Source of the DNA: Thermomicrobiales bacterium
Lineage (GTDB): Bacteria; Chloroflexota; Chloroflexia; Thermomicrobiales; UBA6265
Direction: 5' to 3'
Length of the DNA stretch: 45,581 bases
NCBI GenBank assembly: GCA_035540335.1
Contig: DATLHE010000178.1
Location: 1-45,581 of the forward strand
This document shows, piece by piece, positions 16,061 through 24,171 of this stretch. The notes under the pieces are model-generated. The model had not been told where the DNA came from, made no database searches, and saw only the letters and a list, made by a program, of their open reading frames with translations. Made by a program: the position numbers and the translations under genes. Positions within the stretch are counted from its first letter, which is position 1; each line of letters starts with the position of its first letter.

Positions 16061-17461
16061 ATGACTGATCGACTGGCTGGAACGCGATACACCGTCATGG
16101 GCCTCGGCGTCCTCGGCGGCGGGGTGGGGGTGGCCCACTACCTCGCCACCCACGGCGCGGTGGTGACGGTGACCGACATACGCGACGCGGCGCAGCTGCG
16201 GACCTCGATGGACGCGCTGGCCGGGCTGCCGATCACCTACCACCTCGGCGCGCACGACGCGGCCGACTTCACCCGCGGAAACGCCGACGTCATCGTTCGC
16301 AACCCGGGCGTGCCGCGCCGCTCCCCGTATCTCCAGATAGCCCGCGAGGCCGGGCTGGCGATCGAGATGGAGATGTCGCTCTTCTTCCGCGCCTGCGAGG
16401 CGCCGATCCTCGGCGTCACCGGCACGAAGGGCAAGACGAGCGTCTCGACACTCTGCGGCGGCATCCTGAACGCATGGAAGCCCGAGACCGTGCTGGCCGG
16501 CAACATGGGGATCTCGGCGCTGGCGGCGGTCGACGACATCGAAGGCGGGACGCCGGTCGTGATCGAGCTCTCCAGCTGGCAGCTGGAGGCCCTGGACGAG
16601 CACCGGCTCGGGCCGAAGGTCGCCGTCATCACCAACGTCTCGCCGGATCACCTCGACCAGTACGACGGCTTCGACGACTACGCCGCGACCAAGCGCACGA
16701 TCGGCCACCATGTGGGGCCAGAGGGCATCGTCGTCTACAACGCCGACGACCCCGAGTGCGTGAAGATCGTCGCCGAGACGCCGGGGCGGGCGATCCCGTT
16801 CGGGCTGCACGACACCGGCGGCGATGGCGCCTGGCTCGTCGGCGAGGAGCTCGTCTGGCGCGCGTCGGGGCGTGAGGAGCGCCTGCCGCGACCCACCCAG
16901 CTTCAGCTCGGCGGCGACCACGGCGCGGCCAACGCGCTCGCGGCGTTTGCCGCGACGCGCGCCTATGGCGCGCCGCTGGAGGCCGTCCGGCACGGCCTGG
17001 AGGTATTCGCCGGCGTGCCGAACCGCATGGAGGAGGTCGCGATCGTCGACGGCGTGCTCTTCGTCAACGACACCTCCGCCACGGCGCCGGCGGCGGCGAT
17101 CGCCGGGCTCCGCGTGCTGCACGAGCGGGCGAACACGGTGTACCTGATCGCCGGCGGGGCCGACAAGAAGACCGACCTGACGCCGTTCGCCGACGAGATC
17201 GCCCGCCTGCGGCCGCGGGTGCTGCTACTCGACGGCACCGCGACGTCGCGCCTGCGCGAGCTGCTGGACGAGCATGGCGTGCCCTACGCGGGCCCGTTCA
17301 CAAGCATGGCGGAAGTCGTCCGCGCCGCCGCGACGGAGGCCCGAGACGGCGATGTCGTGACGCTGACGCCCGGCTGCGCCAGCTTCGGCCTTTTTCGCAA
17401 TGAGTTCGACCGGGGCGAGCAGTTCCGCGCCGCCGTCCATGCCCTTCGCATCGCCGTCTGA
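16061..17461 (+). CDS. murD: UDP-N-acetylmuramoylalanine--D-glutamate ligase MurD
   Basis: N-terminal Rossmann segment VMGLGVLGGGVGVAHYL, P-loop GVTGTKGKTSV, and a Mur ligase C-terminal domain. Confidence 0.9.
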   Translation: MTDRLAGTRYTVMGLGVLGGGVGVAHYLATHGAVVTVTDIRDAAQLRTSMDALAGLPITYHLGAHDAADFTRGNADVIVRNPGVPRRSPYLQIAREAGLAIEMEMSLFFRACEAPILGVTGTKGKTSVSTLCGGILNAWKPETVLAGNMGISALAAVDDIEGGTPVVIELSSWQLEALDEHRLGPKVAVITNVSPDHLDQYDGFDDYAATKRTIGHHVGPEGIVVYNADDPECVKIVAETPGRAIPFGLHDTGGDGAWLVGEELVWRASGREERLPRPTQLQLGGDHGAANALAAFAATRAYGAPLEAVRHGLEVFAGVPNRMEEVAIVDGVLFVNDTSATAPAAAIAGLRVLHERANTVYLIAGGADKKTDLTPFADEIARLRPRVLLLDGTATSRLRELLDEHGVPYAGPFTSMAEVVRAAATEARDGDVVTLTPGCASFGLFRNEFDRGEQFRAAVHALRIAV

Positions 17462-17491
17462 CGTTCAACCACCACCCAGGGGACCGTTCGC

Positions 17492-19885
17492 ATGACCGAC
17501 CAGGCCGTCCAACCCGCCGCCCAGGAGACCGACACGCTGCCGCCCTCGCCGGCGACGTTCCATTTCATCGGGATCGGCGGCATCGGCATGAGCGGCCTGG
17601 CGCGTATCCTCCATGCTTGGGGCTACCGCGTCAGCGGGTCCGACGCGGCCGATTCGGCGCAGGTCGCCGCGCTCAGGGCGCTCGGCATCGAGGTCGTGAT
17701 CGGTCACGATGACCCGACGCTCGCCGGTCTGGCCGATGTCGTCGTGACGACGCTGCGGGCGGTGGTCAACGCCCCGCTGGAGGTCGACGCGGCGATCAGC
17801 GCCGGCGCGCGGCTGGTCAAGCGCGGGCAGCTGCTCGGCATGATCGGCAACGCCCGCCGCCTCGCGGCCGTGGCGGGGACGCATGGCAAATCGACGACCT
17901 CCGGCATGCTCACCGTCGCCCTGCGCGCGCTCGGCGCCGACCCGACATACGCGGTGGGCGCGATCATCGGCGCGACCGGCACCAACGCGGACCCTGGCGA
18001 CGGGCCGCACATGGTGGTCGAGGCGGATGAGTTCGACCGCGCGTTCCACTTCCTGCGCCCGGAGATCGGGCTCATCACCTCCGTCGCCTACGACCACCCC
18101 GACATCTACCCCGACCAGCAGAGCTACGACGAGGCGTTCGTCGAGTACGCGCGCAACATCACGCCGGGCGGCACGCTCATCGTCGCCGGCGACGATCCAG
18201 GGTGCCGGCGGGTGATCGGGGCGGTCCGCGCGCTCGACCGTCCAGACCTGACGATCACGACCTTCGGCGAGACCGACGACGTTGACTGGCGCCTCGCGCG
18301 CACCGCGCCGGGCTGGTCGGTGACCGGCCCGGATGGCCAGACGCATCCGATCAGCCTCGCCGTGCCGGGGCGCCACAATGCCCGCAACGCGACCGCCGCC
18401 ATCGCCGTGCTGGCCGCGTTCGGGTTCACGGCGGAGCAGGCGATCGCCGGCGTCGCCGCCTACACCGGGATCGGCCGCCGCTTCGAGCACAAGGGCACCG
18501 TGCGGGGCGCGGCCGTCGTCGATGACTACGCGCACCACCCCGACGAGCTCAACGCGGTGCTCAGCGCCGCCCGGGAGCACTTTCCGGGGCGGAGGATCAT
18601 CGCCGTCCACCAGCCGCACACCTACACGCGCACCGAGGCGCTGATGCCGGAGTTCGCGGCCTCGCTGGAGCAGGCCGACGTCGTCGTGCTGCTCGACATC
18701 TACTCTTCGGGCGAGGAGAACACGCACCAGATCAGCAGCGCCGACCTCGGCCGGCTGATCCAGCGCCCGGTGCACCTCGCGGCGGGGCCCGAGGATGCCG
18801 TCGCCACCGTGCTGGAGGTGCTGGAGGAGAACGACGTCGTCCTCACCCTCGGCGCGGGCGACATCACCCGCGTCGGCCCGCTGCTGATGCAGACCGGGCC
18901 GCTGCCGGAGACGCCGGCGGCCCGGCCCCGGCGCGCGCCGGGCACCACGGCAACGGCAACGATCCCGAACGCGCCGGGGCTGAAGGTGCTGCGCGATGCG
19001 GCGATGTCGTTGTATACGACGATGCGCATCGGCGGGACGGCCGATTTCCTCGTCCGCGCGCCCTCGCCGGAGGAGATCCTCGCCGCGACCCGCTGGGCGG
19101 CCGACGAGGGGCTCCCCGTCTCCGTCATCGGCGGCGGCAGCAACCTGCTCGTCGGTGACGACGGCATCCGCGGTCTGGTGATCGTCGCCCGCACGCCCGG
19201 CGAGCGGGCCGAAGCGCTGGTCGAGACCGTGGATCTCGGCACGCACGTCGAGATCACCGTCGGCGCGCAGGCGCCCCTGAGCTGGGTCGGCCGCTACTGC
19301 GCCGAGCAGGGGTGGAGCGGCATGGACTGGGCCGTCGGGCTGCCGGGGCAGATCGGCGGCGCGACGGTGAACAACGCCGGCGCCCACGGCACGGAGACGA
19401 AGGACCATCTCATCGGCGTCGAGCTCCTGCTCGCGGACGGCGAGATTCGCCGCGAGGACGCGGCGTGGATGCGGGCGGAGTACCGGATAACGCGCGTCAA
19501 GGGCGCGCCCCGGCCCCGCCCGTGGACGCTGCTGCGGTCAACCTTCCGGCTGCCGAAGGGCGACCGGGAGAGCCTGATGCGCCTGGCGGACGAGCATGCG
19601 GCCTTCCGGCGGCGCACGCAGCCGACCGGAGCGTGCTCCGGGAGCACATTCGCCAACCCGCCGGGCGACTTCGCCGGGCGGCTGATCGAGGCGGCGGGGC
19701 TGAAGGGGCACACGCACGGCGCGATGCAGCTCTCGCCGAAGCATGCGAACTGGGTCATGAACACGGGCGGCGGCACGGCCGTCGAGGCGTGGGAGCTCAT
19801 CCTGCACACGCAGGAGGTCGTGAGCGAGCGCTTCGGCGTCGAGCTGCGGCCCGAGATCGAGCGCATCGGCGACCACCGGATTTGA
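17492..19885 (+). CDS. murC: Fused UDP-N-acetylmuramate--L-alanine ligase (MurC) and UDP-N-acetylenolpyruvoylglucosamine reductase (MurB)
   Basis: Single 797-codon ORF. The MurC part has FIGIGGIGMSGLA and AGTHGKSTTS. A Pro/Ala/Thr-rich linker spans about 18895-18979. The MurB part starts about 18980, with TTMRIGGTADFLV and VIGGGSNLLV (FAD-binding). No stop codon or frameshift separates the two parts. Confidence 0.9.
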   Translation: MTDQAVQPAAQETDTLPPSPATFHFIGIGGIGMSGLARILHAWGYRVSGSDAADSAQVAALRALGIEVVIGHDDPTLAGLADVVVTTLRAVVNAPLEVDAAISAGARLVKRGQLLGMIGNARRLAAVAGTHGKSTTSGMLTVALRALGADPTYAVGAIIGATGTNADPGDGPHMVVEADEFDRAFHFLRPEIGLITSVAYDHPDIYPDQQSYDEAFVEYARNITPGGTLIVAGDDPGCRRVIGAVRALDRPDLTITTFGETDDVDWRLARTAPGWSVTGPDGQTHPISLAVPGRHNARNATAAIAVLAAFGFTAEQAIAGVAAYTGIGRRFEHKGTVRGAAVVDDYAHHPDELNAVLSAAREHFPGRRIIAVHQPHTYTRTEALMPEFAASLEQADVVVLLDIYSSGEENTHQISSADLGRLIQRPVHLAAGPEDAVATVLEVLEENDVVLTLGAGDITRVGPLLMQTGPLPETPAARPRRAPGTTATATIPNAPGLKVLRDAAMSLYTTMRIGGTADFLVRAPSPEEILAATRWAADEGLPVSVIGGGSNLLVGDDGIRGLVIVARTPGERAEALVETVDLGTHVEITVGAQAPLSWVGRYCAEQGWSGMDWAVGLPGQIGGATVNNAGAHGTETKDHLIGVELLLADGEIRREDAAWMRAEYRITRVKGAPRPRPWTLLRSTFRLPKGDRESLMRLADEHAAFRRRTQPTGACSGSTFANPPGDFAGRLIEAAGLKGHTHGAMQLSPKHANWVMNTGGGTAVEAWELILHTQEVVSERFGVELRPEIERIGDHRI

Positions 19886-19908
19886 ACGACAGGATGGAAG
19901 ATGGGCCT

Positions 19909-21021
19909 ATGACAGCCGGCAATGGACACAATGGCAGGATCCGCGTCGCGGTGGTCTTCGGCGGACGCTCCGACGAGCACGACGTCTCGCTGCGCTCGGC
20001 GCAGACGATCATGAACGCGCTCCACCCGGACCGCTACGAGGTCGTCCCGCTCGGGATCACGCGCGAGGGGCGCTGGATCGCCGGCGGCGACCCGATGGCG
20101 GCGCTGGTCGCCGAGTCGCCGATGTTCCACCTGCAATCCGGCGAGCAGACGTCGCCGAAGCCGGCCAACGGCTCGCTCGTGCCCGCGAACGGCGCCGACA
20201 CGCTGATGCCGGGCGGCGTGACCGACACCGTCGACGTCGTCTTCCCCGCGCTGCATGGGCCGATGGGCGAGGACGGCACGCTGCAGGGCATGCTGCGGAT
20301 GGCGGGCGTGCCGTTCGTCGGCAGCGGCGTGCTCGGCTCGGCGGCGGCCATGGACAAGGCGATGACCAAGGTCGTCATCGACAAGGCGGGCATCCCGCAG
20401 CTGCCGTGGATGCTGGTGATGCGGCGCGACTGGGAGCGCGACGCCAAGGCGGTCGAGCAGAAGATCGCCGGGGAGATCGGCTTTCCGTGCTTCACGAAGC
20501 CGGCGAACCTCGGCTCCAGCGTCGGCATCTCGAAGGTGCACGACGCGAGCGAGCTGCACGAGGCGCTGGTGCAGGCGGCGCACTTCGACCGCCGGATCGT
20601 CGTCGAGAAGGGCGTCTCGGGGCGCGAGCTGGAGATCTCGGTGCTCGGCAATGACGACCCGGTCGTCTCCATCGCCGGCGAGATCCGGCCGCGAGGCGAG
20701 TTCTACGACTACAACGCCAAGTACATCGATGACACCGCCGAGCTGATCATCCCGGCCGACATCCCGTCCGAGGCGCAGGCCCAGCTGGAGGAGTACGCCG
20801 CGCGGGCGTTCCGCGCGCTGGACCTGGCGGGGCTGGCGCGGGTCGACTTCTTCCTGGAGCACGGCACCGGGCAAATCTACCTCAACGAGGTGAACACGCT
20901 GCCCGGGTTCACCTCGATCAGCATGTACCCGATGCTGTGGGAGGCGAGTGGGGTGCCGCTGACGGAGCTGGTGGACCGGCTGGTCCGCCTCGCGATCGAG
21001 CGGCACGAGGAGCTGGGGTAG
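19909..21021 (+). CDS. ddl: D-alanine--D-alanine ligase
   Basis: RVAVVFGGRSDEHDVSLRSA.., ..FPALHGPMGEDGTLQGML.. and ..EVNTLPGFTSISMYP are Ddl ATP-grasp motifs. I prefer ATG 19909 because GGAAGA lies 7 nt upstream. ATG 19894 is the alternative. Confidence 0.9.
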   Translation: MTAGNGHNGRIRVAVVFGGRSDEHDVSLRSAQTIMNALHPDRYEVVPLGITREGRWIAGGDPMAALVAESPMFHLQSGEQTSPKPANGSLVPANGADTLMPGGVTDTVDVVFPALHGPMGEDGTLQGMLRMAGVPFVGSGVLGSAAAMDKAMTKVVIDKAGIPQLPWMLVMRRDWERDAKAVEQKIAGEIGFPCFTKPANLGSSVGISKVHDASELHEALVQAAHFDRRIVVEKGVSGRELEISVLGNDDPVVSIAGEIRPRGEFYDYNAKYIDDTAELIIPADIPSEAQAQLEEYAARAFRALDLAGLARVDFFLEHGTGQIYLNEVNTLPGFTSISMYPMLWEASGVPLTELVDRLVRLAIERHEELG

Positions 21022-21039
21022 GGGCGGCTGATCCGGCGC

Positions 21040-21250
21040 AGCGGGAGGACACAAGGACCTCCCCTACGCCGGGTTTGGCAGCCCGAAGGCGCACACCCTT
21101 CGGGGGGGCGCGGCTACGACGGGGAGCCTCGCCCGCAAGATGGTAGGGGCGACGCTACGTGGTCGCCCGATGGCCCACAGGAACAGCCTGCGGAGCGGGA
21201 ACCACCCAACCGTCATCCCGAGCGAGCCCCCTGGGATGACGGGTAGTGTG
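21040..21250. repeat. Interspersed repeat modules downstream of ddl
   Basis: ACAAG-loop hairpin at 21043-21063. GCGCACACCCTTCGGGGGGGCGCGGCTACG at 21089-21118. Hairpin GGGCGAC-gctacgt-GGTCGCCC at about 21145-21167. GTCATCCCGAGCGAGC..GGGATGAC at about 21216-21241. Confidence 0.75.
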
Positions 21251-21389
21251 TCGGCCAATGGACTTCGCGTGCGTCCCTGCCTCGCCCGAGATAACGGAGC
21301 CGCTGGCGGGGTGAACGTGCCCGCGTCCGTTCGCGGGTGATGGACGGGCCGGATGTGTTGTCGCATGCGGCGAAGGGCGCGGGGACGCA

Positions 21390-21398
21390 TGCTATACT
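21390..21398 (+). promoter_or_regulatory. Candidate extended -10 promoter element upstream of ftsZ
   Basis: TGCTATACT fits TGnTATAAT-type extended -10 elements. It sits in the only AT-enriched stretch of the ddl-ftsZ gap. Further -10-like hexamers are TACAAT (~21465) and CATACT (~21492). I see no convincing -35. Confidence 0.3.
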
Positions 21399-21515
21399 TT
21401 GCGACGATCGCCTGGTGTTGTGCATACGATGTCTCGCGTTTGCCCGTGCATCGCGCCTTGTGGTCGTACAATACGCACACGGGATGTGCGATCATACTGT
21501 CAAGTCAACGGCCCA

Positions 21516-21579
21516 GAACGAGAGCGGCACACCTTCGTGTGTCCGGCGAGGAACCGATCGGGTTCCCGGGCTCTCGTTC
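21516..21579 (+). ncRNA. Candidate structured RNA element in the ftsZ leader (closing stem plus two hairpins)
   Basis: GAACGAGAGC (21516-21525) is perfectly complementary to GCTCTCGTTC (21570-21579). Between them lie GGCACAC-cttc-GTGTGTCC (one bulge) and GGAACC-gatcg-GGTTCC. I recognise no family. Confidence 0.3.
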
Positions 21580-21823
21580 GATTCCTGGAGTTAACGGTTG
21601 GCTGTCCCCGCACCGGGGGATCGCGTGACAGGCACGTCGATCAGCCGGGTGATGAAAGCCACGATGAAACATGGATGGTGAAGGGACAATGCAATCCCGA
21701 GGTCAGAATCCGGCACGCGGTCAGCAACAAGTACGGGTTCACGGCGCGGCCGGCCAGCCGCAGGTTCCGAATGAGCGCTCCGCCGCCCCCGAGCAGCCGG
21801 AGAAACCCGCGTCGCGCTGGAGC

Positions 21824-22957
21824 ATGTCGGATCATCTGGCCAACGCGTTCGCCCGGATCAAGGTGATCGGCGTCGGCGGCGCCGGCGGCAACGCGATCAA
21901 TCGCATGGTCAGCTCCGGCGTCGACGGCATCGAGTTCGTCGCAGTCAACACCGACGCCCAAGCGCTGATGACGAGCGAGGCGACGATCGCGATCCGCATC
22001 GGCGACAAGCTCACCAAGGGTCTCGGCGCCGGCGGGCGTCCCGAGATCGGCGAGCGCGCCGCCGAGGAGAGCTCCGAGAGCCTCTCCGAGGTGATGCGCG
22101 ACTGCGACATGATCTTCATCGCCGCGGGCATGGGCGGCGGCACCGGAACCGGCGCCTCGCCGACGATCGCACGGCTCGCGAAGCAGGCCGGCGCGCTGAC
22201 GGTCGCCGTCGTCACCAAGCCGTTCGAGTTCGAGGGCGGGCGTCGTCGCCGGGCGGCGGAAGAGGGCGTCGCGGCGCTCAGGGAAGTCGTCGACGCGCTG
22301 ATCACGATCCCGAACGAGCGCCTGCTGCACATGGTCGACCCGAAGACGACGGTCACCGAGGCGTTCCAGATCGCGGACGACGTGCTGCGGCAGGGTATCG
22401 CAGGCATCTCCGACCTGATCACGAAGCCGGGCGTCATCAACCTCGACTTCGCGGACGTCAAGACGATCATGCAGGACGCCGGGTCGGCGCTGATGGCGAT
22501 CGGCTACGGCGAGGGGTCGGACCGCTGCGTCAACGCCGCCCGCGAGGCGATCGAGAGCCCGCTGCTGGAGATGAACATCCAGGGCGCCAAGGGCGTGCTC
22601 TACAACATCAGCGGCGGCAGCAACCTGACGCTGTTCGAGACCAGCGAGGCGGCGGAGGTCATCCGCGCCGCGGCCGACGACGACGCCGAAATCATCTACG
22701 GTACGTCGATCGACGAGTCGCTGGGCGACGCGGTGATGATCACCCTGATCGCGACCGGCTTCGACGAGCGCCCGGCGCTCGACGCGTTCTCGTTCGGCAG
22801 CACGTCGCGTGAGCCGTCGCGGGCGAGCGAGGATCGCTACACGCGGTCGACCTCCTCGCGCGAGCCTGAGCCGCGCGGCGGTGGCGGGCAGCCGGTCTAC
22901 CCGGACGACGACTGGGAGTCGGAGTCGTCGATCATCAGGTTCCTGCGCGAGCGCTAG
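21824..22957 (+). CDS. ftsZ: Cell division GTPase FtsZ
   Basis: IKVIGVGGAGGNAINRM and the tubulin signature GMGGGTGTGASP. The C-terminal peptide is SSIIRFLRER. I chose the start MSDHLANAFARIKVIGVGG (21824) for its typical N-terminal length. In-frame ATGs at 21671 and 21689 (the latter with a GAAGGGA RBS) remain possible. Confidence 0.9.
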   Translation: MSDHLANAFARIKVIGVGGAGGNAINRMVSSGVDGIEFVAVNTDAQALMTSEATIAIRIGDKLTKGLGAGGRPEIGERAAEESSESLSEVMRDCDMIFIAAGMGGGTGTGASPTIARLAKQAGALTVAVVTKPFEFEGGRRRRAAEEGVAALREVVDALITIPNERLLHMVDPKTTVTEAFQIADDVLRQGIAGISDLITKPGVINLDFADVKTIMQDAGSALMAIGYGEGSDRCVNAAREAIESPLLEMNIQGAKGVLYNISGGSNLTLFETSEAAEVIRAAADDDAEIIYGTSIDESLGDAVMITLIATGFDERPALDAFSFGSTSREPSRASEDRYTRSTSSREPEPRGGGGQPVYPDDDWESESSIIRFLRER

Positions 22958-22985
22958 GCGCCTACCAAACACGAAAGAACCAGTG

Positions 22986-23016
22986 CGGTGCCCGGACGTT
23001 CGACGTGCGGGCACCG
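22986..23016 (+). terminator. Weak hairpin after ftsZ
   Basis: CGGTGCCCG - 13 nt - CGGGCACCG (9-bp stem) lies 29 nt after the stop. No U-tract follows, and nrdR starts 36 nt later. Confidence 0.25.
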
Positions 23017-23051
23017 TCGTATCATGGCCGTGAGCCGGGGGAGCAGGTGTC

Positions 23052-23513
23052 GTGCGTTGTCCATACTGCAAGGCCAAGGATTCACGCGTCATCGACAGTC
23101 GCGACATCAGCGGGGGAGACTCCATCCGCCGCCGTCGCGAGTGCGTCGAGTGCAAGCGGCGGTTCACGACCTATGAGCGGGTGGAGACGGCGCCGCTGAT
23201 CGTCGTCAAGAAGGACGGCCGGCGCGAGGAGTTCAATCCGGAGAAGCTGCGCCAGAAGCTGCGGGTGGCGCTGACGAAGCGCCCGATCGGGGAGGACGCG
23301 CTGGAGGCGCTGATCAACCGCATCGAGAGCGAGCTGATGGCGCTGGGGACGAAGGAGGTCTCCTCGCACGCGATCGGCGAGATGGCGCTGCGCGAGCTCA
23401 AGGCGCTCGACCACGTTGCTTATATCCGGTTCGCCTCGGTCTACCGCCAGTTCGCGGACATCGACGAGCTGCGGCGCGAGGTCGAGGGGCTCTCCGCGCC
23501 GGGCGATCGATGA
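23052..23513 (+). CDS. nrdR: Transcriptional repressor NrdR
   Basis: GTG start preceded by GGGGGAG. MRCPYCKAKDSRVIDSR..RRRRECVECKRRFTTYE is the zinc ribbon, and an ATP-cone follows. Confidence 0.92.
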   Translation: MRCPYCKAKDSRVIDSRDISGGDSIRRRRECVECKRRFTTYERVETAPLIVVKKDGRREEFNPEKLRQKLRVALTKRPIGEDALEALINRIESELMALGTKEVSSHAIGEMALRELKALDHVAYIRFASVYRQFADIDELRREVEGLSAPGDR

Positions 23514-23565
23514 CCGCGTTTTCACGCCTCTTCGGCGCATTGATGATAGAACGGCGATTCGCTCT

Positions 23566-24030
23566 GGTAGCCCCGGGTCTTGTACCCGGGGTTGTTCCCG
23601 ACCCCCTACCGCTTGGTGTCTGCGCGCTGGTCCGCAACAAACCAACTTCTTTCTGAGCGAAGCAAAGGGTCGCCCGGCCGAGCCGGCATTGCCGGCGAGA
23701 AGCAAAAGGCCCGCTCCGCTTCTCGCGCTGCGCGCTCGGCCATGGCGAGCCCTTGCCTGCGGCCATGGCCGAGGTGGCACAGCCACCGAGAAGCGGAGCG
23801 GGCTCTTGGCCGGAGAACCCTACGGGAAGCGGTGTGATCGGCACGCCCTCGTCCCCCGCACTATATGGCCCTGCGGGCCATCGGGCCGACACCGCTTCGC
23901 GGGTACGGCCCCTACATCATTGCGCTCCCGTGCCGATACCCTACAGCGGTTCTCGAAATGGTTGGTAGGGGAGGAGGTTGTCTCCTCCCGCCGCCGGGAG
24001 CACACAAGGTGCTCCCCTCCACCTCAACGA
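23566..24030. repeat. Mosaic cluster of repeat modules between convergent nrdR and anti-sigma genes
   Basis: CTTGT-loop hairpin at 23571-23591. An inverted CTCAGAA..GCGAAGC module at 23651-23674. A GCCTGCGGC..GGCC module variant at about 23715-23790. GGCCATCGGGCCGACAC..GGTACGGCCCCT at about 23876-23915 (compare 43140-43180). Hairpins at 23969-23989 (GTTGT loop) and 23996-24016 (ACAAG loop). Confidence 0.8.
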
Positions 24031-24130
24031 TCGCAACGTTTCCTAGAATGGCTCTAGGCCTGTGATTCCCGTAGGGAATGTCGGACCGCGCGCCCGAAAG
24101 CCGCGATAGGTCGCCACACAACGACGTGAC

Positions 24131-24159
24131 ACGCCCGGATGGAATCTCCATCCGGGCGT
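24131..24159 (-). terminator. Strong hairpin downstream of the anti-sigma gene
   Basis: ACGCCCGGATGGA-atc-TCCATCCGGGCGT forms a 13-bp stem 12 nt beyond the stop at 24172. Only a modest T-rich tail follows on the minus strand (GTCACGTCGTTGTG). Confidence 0.55.
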
Positions 24160-24171
24160 TCGTGTGCTCCG

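Noticed and set aside
13313-21054. Long minus-strand ORFs antisense to the dcw genes: 13313-14737 (474 aa), 15800-17122 (440 aa), 17465-19408 (647 aa) and 19294-21054 (586 aa).
   Set aside because: Each lies opposite a gene with unmistakable family motifs (murF, mraY/murD, murC-murB, ddl). Their translations are dominated by R, P, G, D and H with no recognisable domains. Such shadow ORFs are expected in very GC-rich DNA because stop codons are rare.
21570-21590. tRNA gene suggested by a T-loop-like GTTCGATTCC.
   Set aside because: The flanking bases cannot form a T-stem (TCTCG versus CCTGG). No acceptor, D or anticodon arms can be drawn. The segment is better explained as one strand of the 10-bp helix at 21516-21579.
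21641-23167. 508-aa minus-strand ORF overlapping ftsZ and the start of nrdR.
   Set aside because: It is antisense to ftsZ (tubulin signature present on the plus strand). Its composition is Arg/Pro/Asp-rich and without motifs.
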